A stretch of 64,000 bases of DNA from Bacteroidia bacterium (GTDB taxonomy: Bacteria > Bacteroidota > Bacteroidia > M30B66). Location: assembly GCA_965279035.1 (NCBI GenBank), contig OZ257142.1, forward strand, positions 1,664,001 to 1,728,000. Reading direction: 5' to 3'. Shown here piece by piece: positions 50,603 to 60,154 of the stretch (position 1 is its first letter; every line of letters begins with the position of its first letter). The notes under the pieces were generated by a model. It was given only the letters and a program-made list of their open reading frames with translations. It searched no databases and had not been told where the DNA came from. A program made the position numbers and the translations under genes.

Positions 50603-50610
50603 CAAAGGTA
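50603..50610 (-). promoter_or_regulatory. Bacteroidota -7 promoter element TAccTTTG
   Basis: Exact TAnnTTTG on the minus strand. Confidence 0.7.
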
Positions 50611-50686
50611 TAAAAATAGGCTTCTGAGCAACAGTTGATTGAATAGATGTCTCAAAATGCACACTCAAAATAATTTTTTCAAGCAC

Positions 50687-50716
50687 TTTGATGGATGCAT
50701 TCGTTTGCTATATTTG
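50687..50716 (+). promoter_or_regulatory. -33/-7 promoter of tRNA-His
   Basis: TTTG (50687) and TAtaTTTG (50709). Confidence 0.75.
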
Positions 50717-50728
50717 CGCCCTTGTAAT

Positions 50729-50806
50729 GGTGGTCATAGCTCAGTTGGTTAGAGCGCTAGTTTGTGGCACTAGAGGTCGGGGGTTCGAGACCCCTTGATC
50801 ACCCCA
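50729..50806 (+). tRNA. tRNA-His(GTG)
   Basis: G-1; GTGGTCA/TGATCAC acceptor stem; anticodon loop TTGTGGC; GTTCGA; encoded CCA. Confidence 0.97.
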
Positions 50807-50831
50807 AAACCCCGCTTGTCGGGGTTTTTTT
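50807..50831 (+). terminator. Terminator after tRNA-His
   Basis: aaaaccccg-cttgt-cggggttttttt. Confidence 0.85.
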
Positions 50832-50837
50832 ATTTTA

Positions 50838-51593
50838 TTAATTCAATACATAATCGCCCTTGCTTCCTTTTTTCCAAGTTCCGGGTTGTTTATATTTTTC
50901 AAAATACAAGTAAATTTCTTGCAGATTTTTCCAGAAAGAGCCCCATTTCTTCGCTTCCGGAAATTTCGCCTCCCATTTTTCTGTGCTTTTTTCCAACCTG
51001 AAAGGGAAAATGTGTACTGGAATAATTGTTTGTCCAGCATTCTTGGCTAAAACAGCTAACATATATACTTCCTCAATGAAAGGATCTGTTAGTGGCATAC
51101 AGCCTATGGTTACGCATTTCCCATGAATGAAAATATCTCCACCGGGATTTTGTGAGCCACTTCGTTTTAAATCAACGGCATTGGGATAGGAAATTCCTAA
51201 GGATAAATGATAGCTCGAGGATGGATTAAAGCGATCGATCGTATAAACTCCTTCGGGAACCTGTCCATCTCCTTGAACGAGCTTAGGACCACTATTTCCT
51301 GAACTAGCACAGATATCGTACGTTTTTAATAAATGATAGGAAGTTTGATTCTTATTTTTTGCCCAGACTTCTAATATGCCTTCGGATTTAAATGCACGAA
51401 TGAAAATATGTACTTGATTTTTATCGATTTCTTCCTTTTTCAAAATGGCCAAAATCGATTTTTCGGAATTTTTCCATGCAGTTTTTACTCGAGGAAACTT
51501 TAATTGAGCTGTTAAAAAGCTGGAATTTTGAGATTGAATTGTTCCCGATAGAAACAGTAAAATGAAAGGTAACAGCTTATTAATTTTATGCAT
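50838..51593 (-). CDS. L,D-transpeptidase family (YkuD; YafK/DpaA-like)
   Basis: GPK..QGDGQVPEG.Y, SYPN, GGDIFIHGKCVTIGC. Confidence 0.9.
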   Translation of the reverse strand: MHKINKLLPFILLFLSGTIQSQNSSFLTAQLKFPRVKTAWKNSEKSILAILKKEEIDKNQVHIFIRAFKSEGILEVWAKNKNQTSYHLLKTYDICASSGNSGPKLVQGDGQVPEGVYTIDRFNPSSSYHLSLGISYPNAVDLKRSGSQNPGGDIFIHGKCVTIGCMPLTDPFIEEVYMLAVLAKNAGQTIIPVHIFPFRLEKSTEKWEAKFPEAKKWGSFWKNLQEIYLYFEKYKQPGTWKKGSKGDYVLN

Positions 51594-51671
51594 TTCGTAG
51601 TGATGAATTCCACAAATCAACGGAATAATTCATTGTAAAGTATTGATTCTAATGCCTTGATGAAAATAAAA

Positions 51672-51697
51672 AAACCCCACCGGTTGAGGTGAGGTTT
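51672..51697 (-). terminator. Terminator after tRNA-Phe
   Basis: Minus strand aaacctcacc...ggtgggg followed by a T-run. Confidence 0.75.
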
Positions 51698-51699
51698 GC

Positions 51700-51775
51700 T
51701 GGTGGTGCCTCCAGGGATCGAACCAGGGACACATGGATTTTCAGTCCATTGCTCTACCATCTGAGCTAAGGCACC
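51700..51775 (-). tRNA. tRNA-Phe(GAA)
   Basis: GGTGCCT...CTGAAAA anticodon loop...GTTCGAT...AGGCACC-A-CCA; 76 nt. Confidence 0.97.
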
Positions 51776-51802
51776 GAGCCATTTTTGCTTGTTGAGCGGG
51801 TG

Positions 51803-51874
51803 CAAAAATAGTTTTTTTACTTAGCCACCAAAAAATTTTTTTCCGTTTGAGACGTTTTTCTAATTCTATCTTTG
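51803..51874. promoter_or_regulatory. Divergent -7 promoters for tRNA-Phe and the coaX operon
   Basis: TAttTTTG on minus (51803-51810); TAtcTTTG on plus (51867-51874). Confidence 0.7.
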
Positions 51875-51892
51875 CCCCAGAAAAAAAATTGT

Positions 51893-52630
51893 ATGGTTCA
51901 TCTTGTACTTGATATTGGAAATACGGCATTAAAAGCTGCTTGTTTTCAAGGTCGTACACTTTTAAAGGCTAGTCGCACCAATTGGACATCTTCCGAAGAG
52001 GTGGAGGAATCTTTATTGCGCATGTTGGCTTTAAATCCTTCCAAGGTGCTTCTAAGCTCTGTTGCTGGGAAAAAGAAAGAAGTGGATGCCTTCTTAAAAC
52101 GTGCAGAATTGGATTATGCATATTTCCTACCTGAAACACCTGTCCCTATTCAAAATAAATACGAAACTCCCGAAACCTTGGGGAGAGATCGTTTAGCCAA
52201 TGCTGTTGCGGCGGCTACCCTTTTTCCTAAAACGCCTGTTGTGATCATTGATGCTGGAACATGTATCAAATTCGACTTCATCACCCGAAATGGCGAATAC
52301 TTCGGTGGTTCTATTTCTCCAGGAATTGATATGCGATTTAGAGCCTTGCATGAATTTACTGCACGTTTGCCCTTACTTTCGCGCACCGAAATGGTGTATT
52401 TGATCGGAAAAAACACCACTGAATCGATTCATTCGGGCGTTATCAATGGTGCTCTAGCTGAAATAAAAGGAATTCTTGAACAATATCAAATGACACATAA
52501 AGACCTTCAAGTAATTATTACTGGAGGAGATTATACTTTACTCGAACGAAATTTGAAAACCAGTATTCACGCTGAACCCTGGCTCACTCTTAAAGGACTC
52601 AATGAAATTATTCTCCATCAGGCACATTAA
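51893..52630 (+). CDS. coaX: Type III pantothenate kinase
   Basis: DIGNT, LGRDR, DAGTC, GGSISPG, TGGD. Confidence 0.95.
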   Translation: MVHLVLDIGNTALKAACFQGRTLLKASRTNWTSSEEVEESLLRMLALNPSKVLLSSVAGKKKEVDAFLKRAELDYAYFLPETPVPIQNKYETPETLGRDRLANAVAAATLFPKTPVVIIDAGTCIKFDFITRNGEYFGGSISPGIDMRFRALHEFTARLPLLSRTEMVYLIGKNTTESIHSGVINGALAEIKGILEQYQMTHKDLQVIITGGDYTLLERNLKTSIHAEPWLTLKGLNEIILHQAH

Positions 52631-54014
52631 TTTTTCCATTCTTCTTGTGTGCTTCCTGGCTCCAGTAGCCCTTTTGAAAAGTCAAACGCTTAGTCAATCA
52701 CCATACGGTCGCTTTGGCTTAGGAGATAATCTAGGAAGTTCTTCTGCTTTTATTCAAGGTTTAGGCGGCGTTACACAAGCATTAGCCGATTCTAATTCAC
52801 TCAATCTTTCTCAACCTGCAGCTTTGGCAGCTCTCGAAGGTGGTGTAACTGTTCTTGAATTTGGAATCTCCGGCCTTACTACAAAATACACCGGTTTACA
52901 GGATACCAAAATGGGTAGAACGGCTGGTTTCGGGTATTTCGGATTGGCTTTTCCAATCAAGAAAAATAAATGGAATGTTTCATTGGGATTAACTCCTCTG
53001 ACTAATGCTGGCTATACCTTGCGTGATAGCATTACAGATGTAGAAGCTGGAAATGTGAAATTAAGCTATTTGGGAAATGGTGGATTTTCGGCCTTTTCCC
53101 TTGGGAATGGATTTCACTTGGGGAAGAATTGGAATTTAGGTTTTCAGGTTCGTTATTTATTTGGACGAACAGACTATAGCTCCAAAGTAATTTTTGAAGG
53201 AGATACCATCGTGCAACGAAATTCTTTGATAACCAATTCGAACCGATTGAATGATGTGGATTTGGTTTTTGGTGCACAATATCAAATACGATTTCGGAAA
53301 CCCAAAGTACGCACTGTCATACAAGCCGATACAAACACCGCTGATAAACATATCGTAAAGCATAAACAGCGAACCGATTCATTACACATCATTATCGGTG
53401 GAACATTTCGCCCAATGACGTTTATTAACGGCTCAACCACTTATTTGGCGCAAAGTTTTTTTGGTGCTGCACCTGGAACGTCCTTTACCGACACCGTTTT
53501 ATTTCGAAACCAAGTTAAAGGAACTGTAACTATGCCCATGCAGTTCGGCGGTGGTATATCTTTTAAAAATAGTAGCAATAAATGGTTAGTCAGTACCGAA
53601 TACACCTATACCGATTGGAATGGCTTTAAATTATTCGATCGAGTTGATTCGGTGCGTTCTTCTTATAAGGTAGGCTTGGGAATTCAAATCAATCCAGTTC
53701 CAGCGGTTCGAAACAATGGAGGGAAAGTGGCTTACTGGAAAAAAGTTCGATACCGTGCCGGTGCTTATTATTCAGATGGTTATTTGAAAATCAATGGAAA
53801 AGCCGTTCCTGAATATGGTTTAAGTCTTGGGTTTGGATTACCTGTTGTTTTACGTACTTACAATACTCGAACAGCTACCAGCATTCTCAATTTTGCCATT
53901 ACTGCCGGACAGCGCGGTATAACTGGAACGAATTCACTCAACGAACGCTTTATTCGTGGTACAGTTTCATTTTCTCTGAACGATCGTTGGTTCAGGAAAT
54001 TTCAATATGACTAA
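52602..54014 (+). CDS. Outer-membrane beta-barrel (FadL/PorV-like) of the coaX-lptC operon
   Basis: SPYGRFGLG N-terminus; DRWF.K..YD C-terminus. Confidence 0.8.
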   Translation: MKLFSIRHINFSILLVCFLAPVALLKSQTLSQSPYGRFGLGDNLGSSSAFIQGLGGVTQALADSNSLNLSQPAALAALEGGVTVLEFGISGLTTKYTGLQDTKMGRTAGFGYFGLAFPIKKNKWNVSLGLTPLTNAGYTLRDSITDVEAGNVKLSYLGNGGFSAFSLGNGFHLGKNWNLGFQVRYLFGRTDYSSKVIFEGDTIVQRNSLITNSNRLNDVDLVFGAQYQIRFRKPKVRTVIQADTNTADKHIVKHKQRTDSLHIIIGGTFRPMTFINGSTTYLAQSFFGAAPGTSFTDTVLFRNQVKGTVTMPMQFGGGISFKNSSNKWLVSTEYTYTDWNGFKLFDRVDSVRSSYKVGLGIQINPVPAVRNNGGKVAYWKKVRYRAGAYYSDGYLKINGKAVPEYGLSLGFGLPVVLRTYNTRTATSILNFAITAGQRGITGTNSLNERFIRGTVSFSLNDRWFRKFQYD

Positions 54015-54546
54015 GCTTTTCATACTTGTTTCGGGGTTTTTTCTCACTGTACTCTATTCATGTGGTAACGACTTGAATGAAGTGAAGCAATTTGGGAATG
54101 AAGTAAAAGTTCCTGTTTCCTCCACTCGGAATGTGGAAATGCTTTATTCGGATTCGGCACGATTACGGGCTAAAATCAATGCTCCTCTGCGAGAAACATA
54201 TATGGGGAATGATGGATACATTGAATTTCCTAAAGGAGTAAAAATTGAGTTTTACGATTTGAAATCGGTGTTGGAATCGAAGATGAAAGCCAATTATGCC
54301 ATCAGTTATACCAAAGATGAGCGGATGGAGGCAAAAAATAATGTGGTAATAGAAAGCGTAAATGGTGATAAGTTAGAAACCGAACATTTGATTTGGGACC
54401 AACGTGAGGATCGTATTTTCTCCAATGTTTTTACACGTATCACTTCGCCCGAAAGGGTAATTTATGGTGATGGCTTTGAGTCGAATCAAGATTTTTCAAA
54501 ATACCGAATCCTGAAAGTAAAAGGAATCATCAACCTAAAAGAATAA
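54007..54546 (+). CDS. lptC: LPS export protein LptC
   Basis: YSDSA, EFPKG, LETEHLIWD, GDGFESNQDF. Confidence 0.88.
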   Translation: MTKLFILVSGFFLTVLYSCGNDLNEVKQFGNEVKVPVSSTRNVEMLYSDSARLRAKINAPLRETYMGNDGYIEFPKGVKIEFYDLKSVLESKMKANYAISYTKDERMEAKNNVVIESVNGDKLETEHLIWDQREDRIFSNVFTRITSPERVIYGDGFESNQDFSKYRILKVKGIINLKE

Positions 54547-54564
54547 ACACACATTTAATAAAAT

Positions 54565-54804
54565 ATGAATCAATCACGCATCTTTAAAATAATGGAAATC
54601 ATCTGGCTAAGCATTGCTATTATGGCCAGTTTATCTAGTGCTTGGTTAATAAGCAAGGGTAATTTCGATTCAGCTCGTTTTCCACTATTTACAGCGTTTT
54701 GTGCTGCTGTTTTATTTGGATTAAGACGATATCAACGCAAACGAATCGAAAAAGTGGAAGCCTTTCAATCTGAAAATCAGGAACCAAAAGAAAAATCAAA
54801 CTAA
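54565..54804 (+). CDS. Small 2-TM hypothetical protein
   Basis: Two hydrophobic segments and a basic tail. Confidence 0.65.
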   Translation: MNQSRIFKIMEIIWLSIAIMASLSSAWLISKGNFDSARFPLFTAFCAAVLFGLRRYQRKRIEKVEAFQSENQEPKEKSN

Positions 54805-54896
54805 GCATTTCAATACAAAATCAACCTTATTTAGGTTTTTTTTGATTTAGTCGTATATTCGCAGCCCTAAAAAAACCAAAGTTTTAGCTTCCACAA

Positions 54897-57026
54897 ATGG
54901 CAGTTCTTGAACGCATCCGCTCCAAAGCCGGCACAATCGTAGTCGTTGTTATCGGTCTAGCTCTTTTCTCTTTTGTAATGCAGGATTTGTTTTCCTCCGG
55001 GAATTCAATTTTTAAAGGTCGTGATACCGAAATCGGTGAAATCAACGGTCATTCTGTTCCAGGAGAAGAATTCCAACGTCGCCTTACCAATGCCGAAGAA
55101 ATTGTAAAACGCAACCAAGGCGTTAGCGGCATCGACGATAATACTCGTCAGCAATTGGTAAATCAAATCTGGAATGAATATCTCGATGAATATCTTTTCA
55201 ACGAGCAAATGGAAGAAGCAGGAGTTGCTGTTTCGGACGATGAACTTTTTGACATGGTTCAAGGAGAAAACATCAACCCACAAGTTTCACAAATTCCATT
55301 GTTTCAAGATAGTATCACGAAGCAATTCGATCGGAATAAAGTATTGAAGTTTTTGAAAACTCAATTGAGCGAAGAAAACGATCCGGATGGAAAGTACCGC
55401 GAATCTTGGGCTGAATTTGAGAAATCACTTGCTAAACAACGTCTCAAAACGAAGTACAATACGTTGATTCGTAAAGCGGTGTATGTTACATCTGCTCAAG
55501 CTAAACACGATTTCGCTAATAAAAACACGACTGCTTTAGTACGTATTATTTCAAAACGTTTCGACACCGTAGCTGATTCAACCATTACGGTAACGGATGA
55601 AGAAATGAAAAAATACTATGATGAGCATAGTTTTGAGTTTGAACAAAAGGACGAAACTCGCAAATTAGAGTATGTTGTTTTTCAGGTAAACCCAACTGCC
55701 GAAGACCGCGCTGAACTTTTCAAATCGATGGAAGAGTTGAAAGCTGGTTTCCAATCTAGCACTGATGATACTGCATTTGTGAATGCTAATTCTACTCAAG
55801 GTTATCGTGTAGAAAGCGTAAAACGTGGAAAAGTAGGACCACAAATCGATTCTGCTATTTTTAGTGGAACTCCAGGTTCTGTATTTGGACCATTTACTGA
55901 AAATACCGAATTGAAATTGGTGAAATTGAAAGGTTTCAAAGCAGCATCCGATTCCGTTAAAGCTCGTCACATCTTAATTTCTACACAAGGTGGTATGACG
56001 CCAGCAGCAGCTATTGCACGTGCTGATTCATTGAAAGCTGCAATCAAAGCTGGTTCTGATTTCGATGCTTTGGCTAAACGTTTCTCCGAAGATCCAGGTT
56101 CTAAAGAAAAAGGTGGCGACTTAGGTTGGTTTACCGAAGGAATGATGGTTCCTGAATTTAATAATGCTTGCTTCAATGGCAATGTGGGTGATTATGTTAC
56201 AGTAACCACTCAATATGGTGCACACTTAATTAACATCACCGATAAAACACGTCCAAGCAACAAAGCGGAAGTGGTTTATTTGAGTAAGAAAATTGAACCG
56301 AGTACACGAACTGTTGATGAATTCTATGCGAAAGCCAACGATTTTGCAGTTACTGCGCAAGATTATGATGCATTCAAAAAAGAAGCTGATACAAAGGGAA
56401 TGTTCATCGTTTCTTATGATCGTTTACTTCCAAATGATCGTCAGGTTAACGACTTGACCAATTCACGCGAAATGGTTCAATGGGCATACAATCCTGAACG
56501 TGAGTTGAAAGATGTTTCTAAGGTATTTGATATTGAAGGGAAATACGTTGTTGCTGCTTTAACAGGAATCAAAGACAAAGGCATTCCAACCTTTGATCAA
56601 TTGAAAGAGAGCATCAAGCCAATGGCAATTCGTGAGAAAAAAGGTGAGAATTTCTCGAAAGACTTCAACGCTGCAATGACAGGAGTAACAGACATTGATC
56701 AATTGAGTGCCAAAATGAAACTCAATGCTGATTCGGCTGGAGCTATTACCTTCTCTTCCTATTCAGTTCCGAATTATGGTTACGAACCGAAAGTAATTGG
56801 ACGTTCATTTTCAACGCCTGTAAATAAATTAAGCAAACCTATCATTGGTAATACAGGTGTTTATGTGATTGTAGTAAAATCAGTTACTCCAGGAGTTCTT
56901 CCTACAGACTTGAAAGACACTAAATCGCAAGTATTACAATCCATTGTTGGTCGTGTTGATAATGGAGTGAATACAGCATTAATGAAAAAAGGAAACGTAG
57001 AAGACAAACGTTACCGTTTCTTCTAA
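54897..57026 (+). CDS. ppiD: PpiD/SurA-N parvulin-type peptidyl-prolyl isomerase
   Basis: MAVLERIR N-anchor; ARHILIS; SEDPGS..GGDLGWF. Confidence 0.9.
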   Translation: MAVLERIRSKAGTIVVVVIGLALFSFVMQDLFSSGNSIFKGRDTEIGEINGHSVPGEEFQRRLTNAEEIVKRNQGVSGIDDNTRQQLVNQIWNEYLDEYLFNEQMEEAGVAVSDDELFDMVQGENINPQVSQIPLFQDSITKQFDRNKVLKFLKTQLSEENDPDGKYRESWAEFEKSLAKQRLKTKYNTLIRKAVYVTSAQAKHDFANKNTTALVRIISKRFDTVADSTITVTDEEMKKYYDEHSFEFEQKDETRKLEYVVFQVNPTAEDRAELFKSMEELKAGFQSSTDDTAFVNANSTQGYRVESVKRGKVGPQIDSAIFSGTPGSVFGPFTENTELKLVKLKGFKAASDSVKARHILISTQGGMTPAAAIARADSLKAAIKAGSDFDALAKRFSEDPGSKEKGGDLGWFTEGMMVPEFNNACFNGNVGDYVTVTTQYGAHLINITDKTRPSNKAEVVYLSKKIEPSTRTVDEFYAKANDFAVTAQDYDAFKKEADTKGMFIVSYDRLLPNDRQVNDLTNSREMVQWAYNPERELKDVSKVFDIEGKYVVAALTGIKDKGIPTFDQLKESIKPMAIREKKGENFSKDFNAAMTGVTDIDQLSAKMKLNADSAGAITFSSYSVPNYGYEPKVIGRSFSTPVNKLSKPIIGNTGVYVIVVKSVTPGVLPTDLKDTKSQVLQSIVGRVDNGVNTALMKKGNVEDKRYRFF

Positions 57027-57044
57027 GCTATTTTTTAAAATATT

Positions 57045-57082
57045 AAAACGCGTTCTTCTTTTTGGAGAGCGCGTTTTTTTTT
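57045..57082 (+). terminator. Rho-independent terminator
   Basis: aaaacgcgttct...agagcgcgtttttttt. Confidence 0.85.
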
Positions 57083-57214
57083 GAATATATTTTCCTTGAG
57101 ATAGTATCAATTGGCATTTATTTTCAAAAAGCTACTTCATCCATTCATCATGGTAAATAGTTTTAGACAATTCAATTGTAAATTGAATTGTAGTAATACC
57201 AATTGAAATGATCA

Positions 57215-57460
57215 TCACTTACTAATCAGTACCAAACCGATTTTAACCATTTTCCCGACGTCGGCAAAATGGTCTGCAATGAAACTACCTGAATTCTCAC
57301 ATGATTTTTTTGCTTTCTCTATTACATTGAGAAAATTGTCCCATATTGAATATCCTAGAATTTCTTGTAATTCCCTTCCACTCCAACATTCGAGATTTCT
57401 GAAAATATAACAAGCTTGTTCAAATTTTTCAAATAGTTCAATAATTTGTTCTTGTTTCAT
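57215..57460 (-). pseudogene. dinD: Truncated DinD (Bro-N-like) fragment
   Basis: ECWSGRELQ.LGY..W.NF..VI.KA..C.SG...DHFADVGKMV matches the DinD N-terminus but stops at 81 aa. Confidence 0.75.
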
Positions 57461-57658
57461 AAATAATTATTTAATTAATAATGAATTATACCAACTTAAT
57501 TACTCAATATTACGAAGATTATTAAATGATTTATTCAAATAAAATGTCAGTATATCGATAATATGTAAAACATAGATTCAATTGTTCCGAATTGAAATAA
57601 TTCAAAGAGTAGTAATATTAATTCCAAGTTTAACTCTTCAATCAACCACTTAATCCAA

Positions 57659-58651
57659 TCAATTCAATGAAACCCGAATGAGACTTTTTCCATGACCAGC
57701 AATAAGCAAAGTGGTTTCGTCAATTGGGAGTGCCTCGTAAAATGCGGAGGAGTTTTGTGCTTGAATGATTTGCTGTGGAGCAGAACCATCGAGGGCGTAT
57801 AATATTCCCTGTTGGGTGAATCCGTAAATGCTGCCATTCATTTTTACCAAGTTGCAGATTATTCCTGCCTTCTCAATAATTTGATGACTTTGAGGATTGT
57901 TTTCAAATCCCCAAATACCACTTCGGTGATAGCGAATGGAGCGACAACCACTGTATGCCAATTGTCCATCGATAATTCGCAAAGCATGCACTAAGCCATC
58001 GATTTTACGCCCTTTAGTAAAGGCATTCGATGTTTCATTTGTATGATGATAAATGGTGGTGCTTTTTCCATTGAAAACGGCTGCAGCAAATCCCGATTCG
58101 CCTTCTTGCGAAAGTGCCCACACAAACTTGCGTGTGTTTTTCCAGAGCACTTGAGGTTGTTGACTTAAGGAAGTATCAATCTTGGCGATAAAGCCATTGG
58201 GAATCCGTTTTTTCCCTCGGCCAATGCCGCTACTTCCTCCACATACAATGAGATTGCCTTTGTTATCGTATGAAAGATCATAAAAACACCGATGTCGAAA
58301 AGCAGGAAACTCGGTTCTTGAACAAGTGGATGTTTTCAGATTGTACTTGTAGATGGTTCCATGATCGGCAGAGATATAGACAAAATCACCCAATCGTAAA
58401 AACTTGAGAATGTTGGAGCCATTGTTTGGGATGGCGATATTACTGAGTTTTCCATCTGCCCCAATGCGTTTCATCACGCCATATTCACCACCAATCCAAA
58501 TATCATTCGCCGAAACTTGGTAGATATCGTAATAACTACTATCGGTTTCGCTGCCGGTGTAAATTTCTTCAACCCGCTGTGCACGCGCATCTGTAGCTGA
58601 AATGCTCAGCAGCAGAAACAAATTAAGCAATGTTCGGTTCAAGAAATTCAC
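57659..58651 (-). CDS. Secreted hypothetical beta-propeller protein
   Basis: Signal peptide; blade-like motifs IWIGGEYG, YISADHGTIY, LIAGHG. Confidence 0.7.
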   Translation of the reverse strand: MNFLNRTLLNLFLLLSISATDARAQRVEEIYTGSETDSSYYDIYQVSANDIWIGGEYGVMKRIGADGKLSNIAIPNNGSNILKFLRLGDFVYISADHGTIYKYNLKTSTCSRTEFPAFRHRCFYDLSYDNKGNLIVCGGSSGIGRGKKRIPNGFIAKIDTSLSQQPQVLWKNTRKFVWALSQEGESGFAAAVFNGKSTTIYHHTNETSNAFTKGRKIDGLVHALRIIDGQLAYSGCRSIRYHRSGIWGFENNPQSHQIIEKAGIICNLVKMNGSIYGFTQQGILYALDGSAPQQIIQAQNSSAFYEALPIDETTLLIAGHGKSLIRVSLN

Positions 58652-58701
58652 GGGGCGTAAAACTAATCATTTCGCGTTAAGCTTTGACCTATACCGATAG
58701 C

Positions 58702-60117
58702 TTACCAAAAGGTTTTAATTTCTTTGATATATTGTTCGTATTGAACTAAAGATTCGACCATCAAAGCCGTCGTATAAACATCCGATTTCCAATACAAAGT
58801 GTTGCGAATAACTGTTCCGCCAGAAAAGAAAACTCCACCATCCCAACAGGTTTCTTCATCCATATAGGAAGCTTTGCTCAACAAATACCGAAGTGCTTTA
58901 TCTACCTGCAATTGCGTTCCTATCACATAGGGATTTCCCAAACGTAGCAAGGAATTGAGCGCATAGGCTGTCGATTGAACTTTGTCTTTGTGATTCACTA
59001 TGCGGCGGGAATGAAAAGATCCATCGGCATGTTGACTACTCAACAAATGTTTCTTCAAACGTTCTGCACTTGGATCAAGTTCACGAATTCCTTTCGACCA
59101 CGCTTTTAAGGTGGCATAATGTAGATGATAACGATTGGGGTAATAAATACCTGCTCGACTCCAATCGTGACGTTTCACTTTTCGTTCAATAAACTTTGAG
59201 GCATCTTTGATTCCAGCTGCTTTGAATTCACCATTTTCGGCTAAAGCTGTCAACACATTGGCATTCAACACCGCATCTACATCGTTGGCTCCGTATGGGA
59301 TATAGGGTTTAAATGCATAGGGATACAACGTGCTCATAGGCGTGAGGAAAATCGCGTTGTTGAGCAATAAACGGGGAATATTCCATGATGGAAAAGGTTC
59401 TTCCAAGGCACGCCAGGTAAGGAATGCACCGCTTTCTCGTTTGTCGAAATGAATGATATTGTAATAATGTTGCGAAGCTCTGCCCGAATCGCGCCAAGCA
59501 CCTAAAATAGGGGAGAGCTTCAAATTGAATTGTGACTTTATTCCCTGATGTTGTTGAACTCTATTGAATAAAATCAAAGCGGTATACCCTTGAGATGTAT
59601 CGTCATTGTCGTTCACCACATTGGCTGCACGTTTTATATACGGAATGTTTAATGGATACTGAATGGGTCGATGAACTAATCCTGTTTTTCGGTTAGGATG
59701 AAACAGCGATAAACGTCCTTTGGGTGGAAGTAAAGGCCAGAAATTAAAGCCATGATCCGAATAAAAGGAACTCATGCGCACAATGGCTTTTTCGAGCATC
59801 GGAGGAATTTCACTTAAACTGGGATCGATTAAGTATGCCGAAGCCAATGAATTATGGATAGATGCCGTAGAAAAGCAATTGGAATCGTACGAGTCGGCTT
59901 GCTTACCTAGCAAAACGAAGGTCGAACGCATTGTCATAATGGAAGGCCACTCACCTTCGTATTGAAATTCCGGAATGCTTTGCTTGATTTGTTGTTCGGA
60001 GATGTATTTTAATGCTCCTTTCAATGCTCTTTGAATACTATCATGTTCAATGGGTTGTGCAATCAATCCGACAGGAAACAACACGAAATAGATAATGCCA
60101 AAGCGGAAAAACATCAA
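58702..60117 (-). CDS. Prenyltransferase/class II terpene cyclase-like alpha/alpha barrel with signal peptide
   Basis: DNDDTS, NDVDAVLNANVL, SQHADGSF (QW-like), STAYALNSL. Confidence 0.6.
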   Translation of the reverse strand: MMFFRFGIIYFVLFPVGLIAQPIEHDSIQRALKGALKYISEQQIKQSIPEFQYEGEWPSIMTMRSTFVLLGKQADSYDSNCFSTASIHNSLASAYLIDPSLSEIPPMLEKAIVRMSSFYSDHGFNFWPLLPPKGRLSLFHPNRKTGLVHRPIQYPLNIPYIKRAANVVNDNDDTSQGYTALILFNRVQQHQGIKSQFNLKLSPILGAWRDSGRASQHYYNIIHFDKRESGAFLTWRALEEPFPSWNIPRLLLNNAIFLTPMSTLYPYAFKPYIPYGANDVDAVLNANVLTALAENGEFKAAGIKDASKFIERKVKRHDWSRAGIYYPNRYHLHYATLKAWSKGIRELDPSAERLKKHLLSSQHADGSFHSRRIVNHKDKVQSTAYALNSLLRLGNPYVIGTQLQVDKALRYLLSKASYMDEETCWDGGVFFSGGTVIRNTLYWKSDVYTTALMVESLVQYEQYIKEIKTFW

Positions 60118-60154
60118 TCAAAGATAGGTATTGTAAATGCCTTCGGCTGAAAAA

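Noticed and set aside
50729-51775. tRNA-anchored integrated element around the L,D-transpeptidase gene
   Set aside because: No duplicated tRNA 3' end or integrase seen
51617-51959. Short ORFs 51617-51805 and 51741-51959
   Set aside because: They overlap tRNA-Phe and its promoter; spurious
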